Source: Schmidtea polychroa (Eukaryota). From it: 64,000 nucleotides of DNA. The position numbers and the translations under genes are program-made. Location: assembly GCA_044892525.1 (NCBI GenBank), contig CM097885.1, forward strand, positions 6,326,001 through 6,390,000, written 5' to 3'. Under the pieces are notes generated by a model, which saw nothing but the letters and a program-made list of their open reading frames with translations, searched no databases and was not told the DNA's origin. Of the stretch, positions 15,301-27,593 are shown one piece after another (position 1 is the stretch's first letter; each line of letters opens with the position of its first letter).

Positions 15301-17992
15301 GACATATAGACTAAAGATAGATAAAGGATAAATAGGTTTAAAAAATTAGATAAATAAGAGGTAGATAAAAAATAAAAAGATAAAAGAGGTAGATAAAAGA
15401 TAAAGGATATATATAGATAAAATACAAATAACTAAAGGAGGTAGATAAAAGATGGCAGATCGGTAAAAGTTAGATATAGTTGAAATATAAATAAATAAGA
15501 GATAGAGAAAGTAAAAATCAATCTTTGATAATCTTCACGTATACAATCTAAAACTGCATAAATGAAGGATTCATTGATAAATCTAAAGCGTGCCGAGTTT
15601 GTTATTGAAATGTCATATTTAATTTGATTTGATCTCATTTGACGCAATTAAACAATTGATTAAATTTATATTAATTAACCAATCAAACGATTATAATCTA
15701 TATATACTTTTAGATATTATGGAAAATAGTGAGTTGACGATTAATTTGATTTTTTATATTGTTTCTGGAATGGGTATAGCATTTAGACAAATTGAGTTCT
15801 AGTTCCACGACATCATATGTTGATTAGTTCTGTATTTAAATGTTGTCAGTGGCCGTATGATTGGTCGGTCGATTTCTGTTGATTTCTGCTGTTTTATAAT
15901 TATTCCCTTTTGATTTTATTACCCCTCTTATTCATTGAAGCTTACCCGATCGATTTAAACCGTAAATGCCCAATGATTACAACATAAAATTTATTAGAAT
16001 ATCAAAATAAAGTTGCCTTATGTTTCCAGAATTCCCGATGAGGCTCGGTAAGTAGTATTTGCTATCCCAATTGTTTATGATAATTTGAATGAAAATGCTT
16101 TGTAATTACGGAATGATCATTATTTAGGCTGATTGCATCTTTGAATATTAAGTATGTTCTATAATACCGGTTTTTTTGTCTTCTCTATAATAGCTTGCTT
16201 CTTGTTGTTGTTATGGTCGGTTATGGTTGCATGATTTGTATCGATATTATTTATTATTAACATTTTAATTTACTTTTATTTATGCAGCTTTTTTGATTCA
16301 TTCTTTTGATTCCATTATGATTTTCAAATTCTTAATTTTTTCAATTTTTTAATGAGTACTATAAAGTCATTGGCCTATAATATCATAAGTTGTGCCTATT
16401 GCACTTTAGAAGATAAACTTTGAAATGGTAATGTAACTTGTTATAAAAGAGGAGGAGTTATAAGTCATACCGGTTCATAGTCAAGCTTTTTAATAAATAA
16501 ATATATATATAGCTTGACTATGACTCAGTAAATATATCGATATTTTTGATATTCATGAATTTTCGTCAGTCTTTTTCATATGTATTTTAAGAATTAAGGA
16601 AATGACCTAAATATCTATTTGCGGTTACAAATTGATTTCCTCGAAATAAAGAAAATAATCAAAAACATATTAGTAATGAAACTAGTGGAACACTGTTAGC
16701 TAATAAAGAATAGCATTATCAAATATAGAGAAAAATAATAGTAAATCAAAACTTGATGTGAATAAGGATCTTGACATAGTATAAAATAAAGAAAAACTAC
16801 CATTACCAGTATGTTATCAATATTTAGTTATCAACATATTGCAAAGAATGAAAAACGTCTAGCTATAAGTTATATAGGATTGATAATTTGTTGCAACAGG
16901 ATATTTTTAACTAATAAACAGAATGAGAGAGTAAAGTCAACTTATATTTAGCTGTCCAAATGAAAATTTTATCAGATTGTGAAATCTATCTAAGAGCAAT
17001 ATATTTGTAAATGTCTTGATAATGAGAAAACTCATTGACTCGATTTAAAAAAGAATTTATTTGCAGAATTATCAAAAGTAAAGAAAGTTATTCGGAAGAA
17101 CTCTGCATCAACTTAAGTCAGTATTAAACGCTTATTTTCAGATTTAAACATTCCAAAAATGTTCCAAATTATCAATTCTATAAACTTATAGCTAGACGTG
17201 AGATAAGTATAAGTACTCATTAAAAGACAGTTGTATTGTTTGACAACATAATGCCTATCTATTTATTTCATAACGAAATGATAATAATTTATGAATCGAT
17301 TTATTTATTAATATTGAATCAATTTATTAATTAATATTGAATCGATTCCTAAACTATTAATTCACTTGGAAATACATAGATTATTGTAAAAATTAATTGT
17401 AAATAGCGTAAATAGATAAATATTCAAAGTCAATATTCAAATATACCATATGTTTATTTTCGTTTAATAATTATTAGACTTCACTTAAATTATTGATAAA
17501 TAAACTTTTCTATAATTAGCGGAACTTGACAACCTCTGATTAATGATATAGATTATTGTTTGTTATTTATCATTATTATTTCTTTCCATTATTCCACAAT
17601 GATGGCATATCATTTCAACACTTATCACATATATTGCCTAGTTTTACAAATATTAATATGAAAATTATTGAATTAAAAAAGATCAAATGTGAAACCAAAA
17701 GATTAATATAATTTATTCGATTTATTAATATTGAATCGATTTCTAAATTATTATTTCATAAAGCAATAATAATTAATTAATCGATTCCTAACATTGATTA
17801 ACATTGGTTAGAGAAAAATGATATTAGTGTAAATATTGATATCATTAAAAATAGTTGTACTTATAATTTAATTTCAGTGAGAGAGGTACCCGTAGCAGAA
17901 TTAACAAAACGGGCCACCGAACAGGAGATGCCACTCCAGAAGACAATTTGTCAGTAATTGATCAAGACTTGTCAATTGATTCAAATCAATAA
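322..17992 (+). CDS. Non-muscle myosin II heavy chain (MYH9/MYH10/zipper-like), 5'-partial and multi-exon. Exons read by eye: 322-585, 643-843, 2971-3323, 3373-3550, 3595-3729, 4279-4407, 4451-4624, 4680-4988, 5063-5466, 7630-7804, 7857-8519, 9895-10014, 10067-10539, 10592-10799, 12347-12538, 12592-12809, terminal exon 17878-17992
   Basis: Motor-domain motifs [31 protein letters not shown] and [21 protein letters not shown]. The IQ/neck sequence [27 protein letters not shown] is typical of non-muscle/smooth myosin II. A long heptad coiled-coil rod follows. The listed exons are bounded by GT-AG and join in frame. The terminal exon gives a non-helical tailpiece ([16 protein letters not shown]...SIDSNQ*); this last exon is less certain than the rest. 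Confidence 0.93.
1230..1593 (+). mobile_element. hAT (Charlie/Buster-type) DNA transposon 3' remnant in a myosin intron
   Basis: [13 protein letters not shown]...KTKYR is the C-terminal hAT dimerisation motif of Buster/ZBED5-like transposases. The remnant ends in the TIR-like AAAAGGTTGGGAACCCCTG. Confidence 0.8.
6311..6940 (+). mobile_element. Tigger/pogo-like DNA transposon 5' remnant
   Basis: TA|CAGTCAACTCTC terminus, followed by a degenerate N-terminal HTH-like coding stretch ([23 protein letters not shown]). Confidence 0.55.
6960..7264 (+). mobile_element. hAT transposon 3' end remnant
   Basis: [18 protein letters not shown] resembles the end of a hAT dimerisation domain. It is followed by subterminal AACAGCTG repeats and an AAAACCCTA terminus. 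Confidence 0.5.
8636..9527 (-). mobile_element. Penelope-like element 3' fragment (GIY-YIG endonuclease) with a partial tandem duplication
   Basis: [29 protein letters not shown]...EALLI...PKINVQ is a PLE GIY-YIG domain. About 8685-8920 is a near-identical repeat of about 9270-9505. Confidence 0.85.
12897..14425. repeat. Minisatellite array of ~30-33 bp units built on (C/T)AAAATGGCG(G/A)
   Basis: Roughly 45-50 copies of AAAATGGC spaced about 30 bp apart. There is higher-order duplication: the identical spurious ORFs at 13384 and 13652 imply a 268-bp period. Confidence 0.95.
15010..15515. repeat. Purine-rich low-complexity tract (AGATAAA/GATA-like)
   Basis: Almost C-free plus strand made of degenerate AGATAAAA/TAGATA units. 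Confidence 0.8.
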
Positions 17993-20016
17993 TAAAGCAC
18001 TGTTGTTATCTTTGTTTCTGTCGATTTCATTGAATAATAATAATATTATTATTATTATTATTGTTATTGTTTAATAATATAACTAATATCACCATTGTCA
18101 TCGTCATTATTATTATCATCACCAGTCGTACAATGTAAAATTCTGTTTGTGTGTGTGTGTGTATTTGTGCGCGTGTTTTGATTACAAATTATTTTTTGCG
18201 TTTTCACTGTTTTTTATTATTATAATTATCGATTATTGATTGTATTTGGTTCAAAACAAAAAAAGCTAAACAAGTTTTTGATTTAGTTTTTTTATTGATT
18301 ATCGATATAAAAAAAGTTAAATAAGTTATTGATTTGGATTTTTTTGGTTTTCTTTAACATTACAAATAATATTATGTTTGTATTTTGTATTATTATTTTT
18401 CTAGTCAAGCTATTATCGACTGCTCAGAAGGGAGATCGAGTTGACAATTTATTGATCCTTGTGTAAATTTGGGCGTTTTCGATCGTTTCGGTTGCTAATT
18501 GATATTGGAATGTATGATATCTCTATATATATATAATACTATTGATTCTCACTTATCGATTGGATATTTTTAATGGAATTTTAAAATTGATTTTGAAATA
18601 TCAATTTTGCTTTTGTTTTTTATTGTATTGATTTTTATATTCAACATATCACGTTTGCGTGTGTTTGTGCAACAATAACAACAACATCAATATTAACAAC
18701 CAATAAGAAACGAGATGATTGTTATTGGTTGAAAATTACGATTGATCGAATTTTTTGATTTCTCGATATAGTGGTATGTTTAGGAATTCCGGGTAAATGT
18801 TATTGAATAATTGATTTGTTTTAATATTTCAATGGGTAGCATGATCTAATTTTATGTTCAATGAAAATATCTTACAAGATTTACGTAATTTTTCGAAATG
18901 TTTAGATATATCGTTTTTGGGATTAGGTCAACATGGTGACATTTAGTTGTTTTTTTTCAAGCTTTTAGTTACTAAACAATTCGTTTAAAGCGAGCTCAGT
19001 TTACTTTCATCTATTTACATTTCAATATTAACAATATTTACTACTCTTAAAAATACTCTTAATTTTGTGAATGCTATTAAAGTTTCTATTATAATAATTT
19101 TCATCTATTTTGTTTCCATTTTATTTAAACAATTAAATGTGCGATTCTTATAATGATATTGATAAAATGGTCACAATATACAGTAAATAGTACATACGGC
19201 AAGCAATGAATAATGAATAGATATCCGGATGTAGTTAGACCTACTCGTGGTGGTTGGCGAAAGAAGTTCGAGTGAGGCCGGTAGGCAATACTCGAACTTT
19301 TTCCCAATGTACCTCGGGCTCGGAAGTTAGTTATAGAACCAAATTAATCTAGCATGGACATGAATTGAGTTTGAGTTATTATTGGACACAAAACAGAGAC
19401 AAATTAGACAAAAGTGAGACGAAAATAGAGGGAAAACTTGACAAAGTTGGACGAAACGATATTGGGAAAATGATTTGCGGAAAATAATTGTAAAGAAAAT
19501 AATTGTGAAGAATAATTATTGGAGAAGATTTGAAGGAAAAAATAAGTTGACAAATTAAACTAAAAGAAGCTACTTGAGTATTTGAATAAAGTTGTGAAGA
19601 AGGTCAAAGAAACTAATCAGCTCAATGTCCCAGTTGACAAACCAATCAGTAATTAGTATTTTTTCAATCCAGTGTTATACACAAGTGTTATTCCTCACTG
19701 AGTGTTGTAATAAGCATGGTATAGTCACCAAGAAGAAAAAAAACACCGTTAGAAAAATTTTGAGATTGAATGTCTCTTATCAACTAATTTAATCCCAATA
19801 AATTTACTGAACTTGTGAGAGAAGAACCTTTCTCTGTAATTGACAATTGGCAAACAAATTAATATTAAAAATTAACAATTACAATTAATGCAATCAAATT
19901 GATCAAGAAAATCGGCCTACAGTTAGTCATCGACTTGCGAACTATGCGACTTACGATTGGTCAACTTTACAACATAATAATTAAATAATTGATAATTTTA
20001 TCAAATTTTTCATTAA

Positions 20017-20249
20017 CCCTTTCGCCCCTATTGGGACAATACGTCCCAGAAACTTTCATCATGATCCTACTGGGATATTTTCAAAGCAATTTGCGGTGTT
20101 AAAGTTTATTTATTATCCCAGGACTTTCTAGGATATTCAGAAGCGCCACGATTACAAAAATGAGAATATTTCATATTTAGGTCAATATTAACAAGTTCCA
20201 ATATATAAATTTAGCATAGTGTCATTAGCGGAAAGTCGGTGCGAAAGGG
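20017..20249. mobile_element. piggyBac-type MITE (233 bp)
   Basis: TTAA|CCCTTTCGCCCC ... GGTGCGAAAGGG|TTAA, i.e. a TTAA TSD and CCC-starting TIRs. A second copy begins at 63807. Confidence 0.85.
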
Positions 20250-21689
20250 TTAAAGAAAGTTTTTTCATGAATTTTTTTCATTATATATCTTTTCTCGAAA
20301 TCCAGAATTTGTTTTCTTTTTTATATATTTTAAATTAATGTAATTTACGTCATCACGACGCTGAGATAGGTTCAAGAAAGATGATTCAATAACTTCACTC
20401 AACCTTTGCCGATAGAGACGGTATATAATACGTGCATTTTGTTGCGAGAAAATCTAGCATAACCATGACTAATAACAAAACGTCTCGCAAAGTAACGTCG
20501 AATATTGTTATTTGTAAATAATAAATGCTTATTTAGCTCGTGCCTGTAATTGGGTCAGCGCTGTAAAAATATCAAAGTTTTATTATTAATTACACTGACC
20601 AATTACGGCATAAGTGGGGAAATTTCTCGACCCTTCATTCTCTGAGGCTTTTATCTGTCATTCCTTTGGTTAATGGGCTTGGAGCGCTCGCAATAAACAT
20701 GGTTTCTTTGCTTCTCTCGACTTTCGCTCAGTGTCTCTGACTGTAGCTTGTTGTATAGTATTCATGCATTGTATAAATATGGTAATGCCTTGTTATACTA
20801 CTAAATAAATATAAATATGTTCATAGATCCTTTGAGCCTGAGCTTTGTTGTAGGGCTTATGCTTAGTAAGTTCATTTACAGTTGTCTAAGTTTGATTAAA
20901 ATTGATCAATAATAGATTCAGTATTAGTGTTTTGGAGGAAGTCCAGTAAGGATAAGGGGATTTTGATTGTAGTGGTAAGATAGAAGTAGAGTTATGAAGT
21001 GATGTTAGGATGGTTTTAGTAAGGATGGTGGAGGAGATTGATTTCAGAGAATAGGTAGTATATAAAAACTAGAAGTTCAAACAAGAGTAATGTGGGTTTA
21101 AGTGTACTATTGGTATTATACTGCTGATAGGCAATTTTGAAACATAAAAAACCTAGTAAAAAAAGACAAACAAAGCAGCATAAAGTGCCCTAGAAGTAGT
21201 CTAATGTAAAAATGAGAAGGTCTCTTTCTCTCAAAATATTTTTGTCAAGTGGATGTGGCACAAACTCCGTTTGCACATCAACTTCTGTAAAAGATAACGC
21301 TAGCATAATTAGCATGCACTAAAGAAATCCCCAATGAACACATCGGTGTGCCACAATGACCAGTGTAGATAGGCACTCACCTAAACTGGCTAGTATTTAA
21401 GTCAAAGCATTCTTCTCTTTCGCATTTGATAATAAATCGAAATGTCTGAACCAAGAAATTTACGAAATAACGAACTTGGCCTTTCGTCAGAAGATTTTGA
21501 AAGAGGTAAGAGATGTGGATATATTTGATGTTTAAATTAATTTTAACTTTAAATTTTTATGTACGAGAGTTAACAACAGTGGTATGATCGAAGCCAAAGG
21601 AAAACCAATGAGTGAGTTTTTTTCGATAAAATGTGATAAATTCATGTCATTGAAATTATTAGACCTGGAGTGGAGAACTTGTGGCCTTT

Positions 21690-22380
21690 AGGCCGCATGC
21701 GGCCTACGGAGCTTTATCGAAAAATTATTAATTAATAATAGTCCGGCTGAAATCGGCAAGTGTAGCTGAAAATATTTATCGCCCTTAGGCAAAACAGCCT
21801 CAAAATCAGCATATACAACAAACGGAGGAGTCACAATCTTAGACCAGTCTTTAAATATCAAGTTCTTATCGGAAGGTAAACTATACAAAGTTGTATCTAG
21901 TTGGTTTTTCTCACCTAATGCCTGATGTTTCTTAAAAGCTTCAACCATTCTGAATCCATTCAAGCATCGTTCACACCAAATACTCTGAATTCTAATATTT
22001 GAAACAGTATTACAATTTAATAGCCTGTCAAGATTAGTAACCGATATGTAATGAAAAGAGTCACTTTCTCCAACAATATTAAATTAATAGGAATTCTACC
22101 TACAACTTTAGACCTATGTATGACATCTACAAAAGGATGTTTCAATACTTCCTTATCATTAACCTTTATTAAGTCAAATTCATCATACGAAAGAACATTA
22201 TTCGCATATCCAGGATTTTTAGCCTCAAATTTTGGGATATTGCACAATTTCATTGGCAAATCAGTAGAATCAAAGACAAGACCTGATGGATTATAACTAG
22301 ATGCAAAAATTGGCAAAATTACAAGAATTTGCTCTAGACGATACAGTGGTAGTTTAGTGTCTAAACATAAAACAAAACGC
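21690..22380 (-). mobile_element. Degenerate Polinton/Maverick-like DNA polymerase B fragment
   Basis: Frameshifted pieces IPKFEAKNP, CERCLNGF and TPPFVVYADFEAVL resemble the N-terminal/exonuclease I region (YADFE) of Polinton-type protein-primed PolB. Confidence 0.6.
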
Positions 22381-22399
22381 AACTAGAAATGCCACTGAT

Positions 22400-24030
22400 C
22401 CGTATATACATATTATAAGAACTTTTTTTAATTTTCACTACCTCTACCAGTCGAATACCAAATCTCTCCATTGTATCTACATCCCCAATGAAATCTGGAC
22501 GTATATCTTTGACAACTATAACATTAATAATTCTTTTTTTCCCATTCCAATCAGCTTCTATCGTCATTGCTCCTAACGGTCTTTCCATTCCCGTCGAAAA
22601 TACTCCACAAAGAGAAATTGTGCTCTGCTTCAACCTCGGCTTCCCAATCTTTGTTCAACTTTTTTCACTCATAACTGATACTGACGCTCCAGAGTCCCAA
22701 AGCATGTCAATTGCCGTCATGTTTATTACAATCTTACTCCACTTTCTTCTGTCTGTCGTCTCATACATCTTCTGCATCATGTCTTCATTTCGCTTCTTTC
22801 TACTGATTATTGTGTCGACCCCACTGACGAAATGAAAGCAATGGGATCGTCATTGTTTTTTGGTTTATCCATTGATTTTTTTATCGTTTCTTCGTAATTA
22901 CTGTATAAATCTTCTGTTAAATCACCATTATTTCTTTCGTGATCTTCTTCGGAAATACATGGCACTCTCTTCTGATATCCATTTCTATTTTTAAGCAAAA
23001 AACAATCTCTGAATCCATGACCTTCTTTTCCACAGATTAGACATTTGTCTTTCATAGGACATTCAAAACGCCGGTGCCCTTTTTCTCCACAACAAAAACA
23101 CTGACCTGGTGTCAGTTTCACTGGATGAGGTGAATCTCTTCCTTTGCTCTCATTAAATAACCTTCTTGCAATATCTTTAAGCGATACTGTAGGTATTCTT
23201 CTCTCTGGTTCTCCTGTCTCATATCGTCCTCTATACCGCTCATTTTCATTCTTGTCTTCATTTACAATTGGTACAAACCAACCATTACCAGGTCTATTCC
23301 TCTCATGATTAATCTCTCGGTGTTCGTCGCGTTGATGTGCAGTTGTCTTCACAATTGTTCTTTGGTCTCGTCTACCCTCGAATTTACCATTTTTCATCAC
23401 TGATGCGTAAGAGTCTCTTCTTATGGCATCAATATTGAATTTATTGTCATTCGTCATCTCGATCTTCTCCTGAATTTTTGCCATATCCCTGGCATCTTCA
23501 AAACTTGTCACTTTCCCTGATAAGAATATTTCTTTTACTCTATCGTCTTTCGCTCGGTTTGAAATAATGTCTCGAACAATCTGTTCATCAGACATTCCAG
23601 GGCTAAATACACTTTTAACTAAACTTCTTACTCGTATTTCGAAGACTTGGAATCTTTCATCTCTTTCTTGCTGAATTTGAGCTAGTTCCACAATCTTGTT
23701 AGTAATGGTTTTCCTTACTGCAAAAGTTTCTATAAACCACTCTTTTGCCATTTCATCGGTCATCTTCGCTATTTTCGACGCTTCCCATAACATCGATGCC
23801 GCATCTGTCAACAAAAGATCCAATGCGTCTACTAGACTTTGATCTTCTATTCTCAGCCATTCCATAATATCCTTTAGCCAAAGTTCGGCTTCAGATCCAA
23901 CTTTTCCGTCAAACTTTCTTACATTAAAATTTAGCATCTCACGTGCTTGTTTTGACAAGGAATCTAACATATTCTTAGTTCCTTTCTTTTTCCAATCGCA
24001 TTGATTTCCTTGGCGTGGTCGCCAGTTATG
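22400..24030 (-). mobile_element. Truncated LTR retrotransposon: PBS + gag (22807-23970, two CCHC knuckles) + aspartic protease in another frame
   Basis: Gag motifs FDGKVGSEAELWL, CFCCGEKGHRRFEC and CLICGKEGHGFRDC. Protease MLWDSGASVS at about 22680-22705 and FIGDVD downstream. The minus-strand PBS TGGCGACCACGCCAAGGA (24007-24024, tRNA-Arg-like) follows an LTR end ...CA at 24029. Confidence 0.85.
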
Positions 24031-25328
24031 ATGTCCTCAACTTCTAAATTCATAAAATCAATAAATCAATAATAAATGCAGTTAAAATATATTTTCCAAA
24101 ATCACGCTAAAAACAATATTATTAAAACAAACAACTTTTCATAACTCACAATAATAATTAAAGTACAAAATTATTCCGAGGGAAACTGGTATAGGCGGAT
24201 GCCAAACGATGAGACGAGTTCAAATATAATAAAATAAAATCTATGACGGTGTCGAAATAGGAAATAACTACCAAAATAAAAATGAATAATTTATTGGAAA
24301 ACGCGAACAGTGTGAGAAACCAAAGTGATTAACAAAATTATTTAATTAAATCGCGTCAAATTGAGGGAATGAAGAAAGCCAAAGATAAAATTGAATCAGA
24401 CAGTATTAAATAATTAGGCAAAATTACTATAAAAATAAATGAATTACCCGAAAGCCTGAAAACTTCAAATTGAAAACAAATTAAGTTGGTGTAGGGAAGC
24501 ATGGAGAGAAAGACACCAAAAAATGAAATATTAAATTTGATTGGTAAAAAATGTAATTACAGGGCTAGCATAAATTGAGAAGGCAAGTCAACAGATCTGT
24601 CAGGCGGTCGAAGAAACATTTAGCGAATTCAAATGGCAATTAGAAACAGTTTTGAACTGAGTGATAACCAAATTAATTTGAGTCTTTGTGTAATAGAAAT
24701 GAGAGATCGTCATTGCAAATCTTATCCCAATGCCAGGATGCAAATTGTGTAGAAATAAAAGTGTCAATGAAATTGGAATTTTGGTATAAAATTGTGTAAA
24801 CAAACAAGAATGTAACTGAGGTGATTTTGAATACAGATTATTAGGTTAGGTTTAAGTAAGGACATCGAGGAGTCAGATATTGATACCGACTTATATAAAT
24901 ACCAAACATTTATAGGAATTCAATTACATATTCAACATTTCCAAAGTAGCCACGCCCATCAATGGCTACAAAGAAATAAATAGGAATGAATTGAAATGAC
25001 AATGAAGGATAAATATCGGATGCAATTAGATTTCGAGGTTGTTGTAGTGGAATTGAACAGGTAATTATAGAGAACCTACACCTGGGCACATAGTTATGAA
25101 TAAAAGACATAACAAATCACATAATAATAATTAAAGGGCCGAAATTATTTATCTAAACATTTATTTATATCATACAGCCGTCCTCAACAACGCTGACAGT
25201 TCTGTTCTGGATGTACCACAAATCCTTGCAAACAAAAGGTCATTTTATAGTGGAATGAAGAAAGAGAAAAGAAAAATGATGACAAATGGTGCTGATGTAA
25301 TAAAAATGAGAGCAAAGTATACTTAAAC

Positions 25329-25529
25329 TTGAGAACGATTCCCATTCATCTTCAAAAGAGCAGTAAAACGTTTAAAGTGAATGCTTTGCTCGAGGACTCA
25401 AGCTCAGTAATTTACATTAGTGGTCGAAATGTTGATGAACTGGGATTAGATAGAGAAGAAACAATTGTGCAGATGACCTTGCTGAGGAATGAATTTAGAG
25501 CACTTTCGGTAACGCACAAAGAGGTATAG
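25329..25529 (+). pseudogene. Possible BEL/Pao-type aspartic protease remnant
   Basis: LRTIPIHL...VNALLEDSSSVIYIS resembles the ALLDSGS active-site region but is degenerate. Confidence 0.35.
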
Positions 25530-25590
25530 GGTTACTTTATCTGCAACCCACCAGTTGATAAAAAGGATGCATATGGACTATGAACTAGAA

Positions 25591-26320
25591 CAGGAGTGAG
25601 CAAATACTTTTAAGCACGGGCCAAAATGAAATTTTCAAAATGTCTCCCGGGCCGGAGAACTATACCGCCTACGCTGTTCACACGCGAATGTTTTGGGTGG
25701 AGTTTTTTTCCTGCCCAAGAAATTGTCTAACTTGGGTGTACATGCGAACAATTTGTGCCAGTAAAATATGTCGATGTTAATTATATTAAATTAATGATCA
25801 TTAAATAAAACAGATAATGACAGATTTTATTTTGTTATTTATTTATATCTTAATGATACAAAATATTTAATATTGATACATAGTTATTACATTTTTATGT
25901 TTATATTGCATTTTGTAAATAGAAAAGACAAACATCAAACGTTAAAATAGAATACTTATAGTTAATGCGAAACGTGATCTTAAAAGAAATGACGACGAGT
26001 ATGTGACCAGTGCTAAATCAAAATAAACAGTACGCGTGCTGTGACCTGTCATCCCTTGAAGAGTACACGTTCAATTTTATGTAGTCAGCCAACCACGCGC
26101 TTTGTGAATATGTTGCATACATTAAAGTAGTATGGTTACGGCTGTTCAAAATTATATTACTGTCTATTATTTATATGTACACTACGCACACTAAAACTGT
26201 TGATTTCAATAAAAACGTATGAAAGAGATTTAAAAAATTGCATGAGGGATTTTTCAACGGGCCGGATGAAATAAGCAAAAAAGCCGGATACGCCTGCGGA
26301 CTGGCTTTTGCCCACCCCTG
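25591..26320. mobile_element. Non-autonomous hAT element (MITE) with 8-bp TSD
   Basis: AACTAGAA|CAGGAGTGAGCAAA ... TTTGCCCACCCCTG|AACTAGAA, i.e. a perfect 8-bp TSD and imperfect TIRs. Confidence 0.88.
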
Positions 26321-26884
26321 AACTAGAATATGTAAAGGAATACTCAGATCCATTTAAGTATTTCACTTCAGCTTGTTCATGTAAATAATAATATTAAAAT
26401 GATGAAAGGAAATGACGAGATCAAGAGCCCTTAGAGCTCGATGAACAACTCAATATTTCCCTATCCCTAGGCAGCACGTAATTCCCTGTACCCAATCGCC
26501 TTCACCCTAAACTCTTAGATACAAATCCCACCACTTGATTTAGAAGTTACTGTTAAAAACAAAGGAATATGAAAAGATTGACATTTGTTTCAAAAAATTC
26601 CTCATTTGTCACAATCGAGGTATTTTTAGCAAATTTGTCTACTGATAAATTTATCAGTAGATAATATTTTCTGAAATGTTTATTATCCATTTGTTAAAAA
26701 CGTTCATATAGCTAATTCAACACGGCTCCAAAGAAGGATTTACACGTATAAATAACTCAGTTGATAACCAATAACCATTCAACTCATTCAATCAAAACAA
26801 TGAATAAATAAATTTCAAATCGAAAGATCAGAAAACATCTCTAAAACTATTTTTACCAAAAAAACACGAATAAATCTCATTAAA

Positions 26885-27381
26885 TCATGAGGCTGGCTCC
26901 TGCAAAACTGATTTTAATACGGCCTTTTTCAATTCTTCCACAATCGCACCAGATTTATGCAACTCCAGCATGATGTCGCAACCACCTATAAATTCACCAT
27001 TGATAAAAACCTGAGGAATCGTTAGCCAATTTGAATATGCTTTAACTCCTGCTCAGATGTCTTCATTTTCAAGAACATTTATAGATCGATATCGTTTAAT
27101 CTCATGCATTTGAAGAATAACTGCATTACTAAATCCACATGCTGGCTTCTCGGGAGTACCTTTGATAAATATAACCAATGAGTCAGATTTGACCATATCA
27201 TTGATATTATGGTGAATGTCTTCTTTGGAACAGAATTTTGCCGAAAAAACTAAATTAGATCCATTTTGAAAAATATTCTAAATGAAATTATTATTAATAA
27301 TCCTTTTACAAATGGAATGACAACTTTGCTGAGAGTATTAAATGTTGGTGACTTGATTAAATTGAGAGTTCTACTAAGCAT
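26885..27381 (-). pseudogene. GLRX5: Monothiol glutaredoxin 5-like (CGFS) gene with a premature stop
   Basis: Translation gives MLSRTLNL.. (mitochondrial-presequence-like), one short intron, then VIFIKGTPEKPACGFSNAV-ILQMH...[36 protein letters not shown]. The TGA at 27053-27055 replaces the conserved Arg. Confidence 0.85.
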
Positions 27382-27593
27382 TAAAATAAAAAAAAATCAC
27401 GATATATTAAAATTTTAAAAATTTTAAACTTTAAAACAATTAGAAAAAGTTCATTTGTGTTTTCTAAATTATTTAGGTTTTTTAAAATTTATGATAAATA
27501 AACAAATAACATAAAAATTAAGCTTTAAATTAAAATAATTAATTAAATTAAAATTTTGTTTATAAAATATTTTTTATTTTAATATTACTTTAT

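Noticed and set aside
20339..20880. Possible solo LTR (TGTAA...TTACA with TATA-like and AATAAA signals)
   Set aside because: No target-site duplication, PBS or second copy was found in the window, so it cannot be supported.
27053..27055. Selenocysteine TGA in the glutaredoxin
   Set aside because: The codon aligns with a conserved Arg rather than Cys, other lesions accompany it, and no SECIS was recognised.
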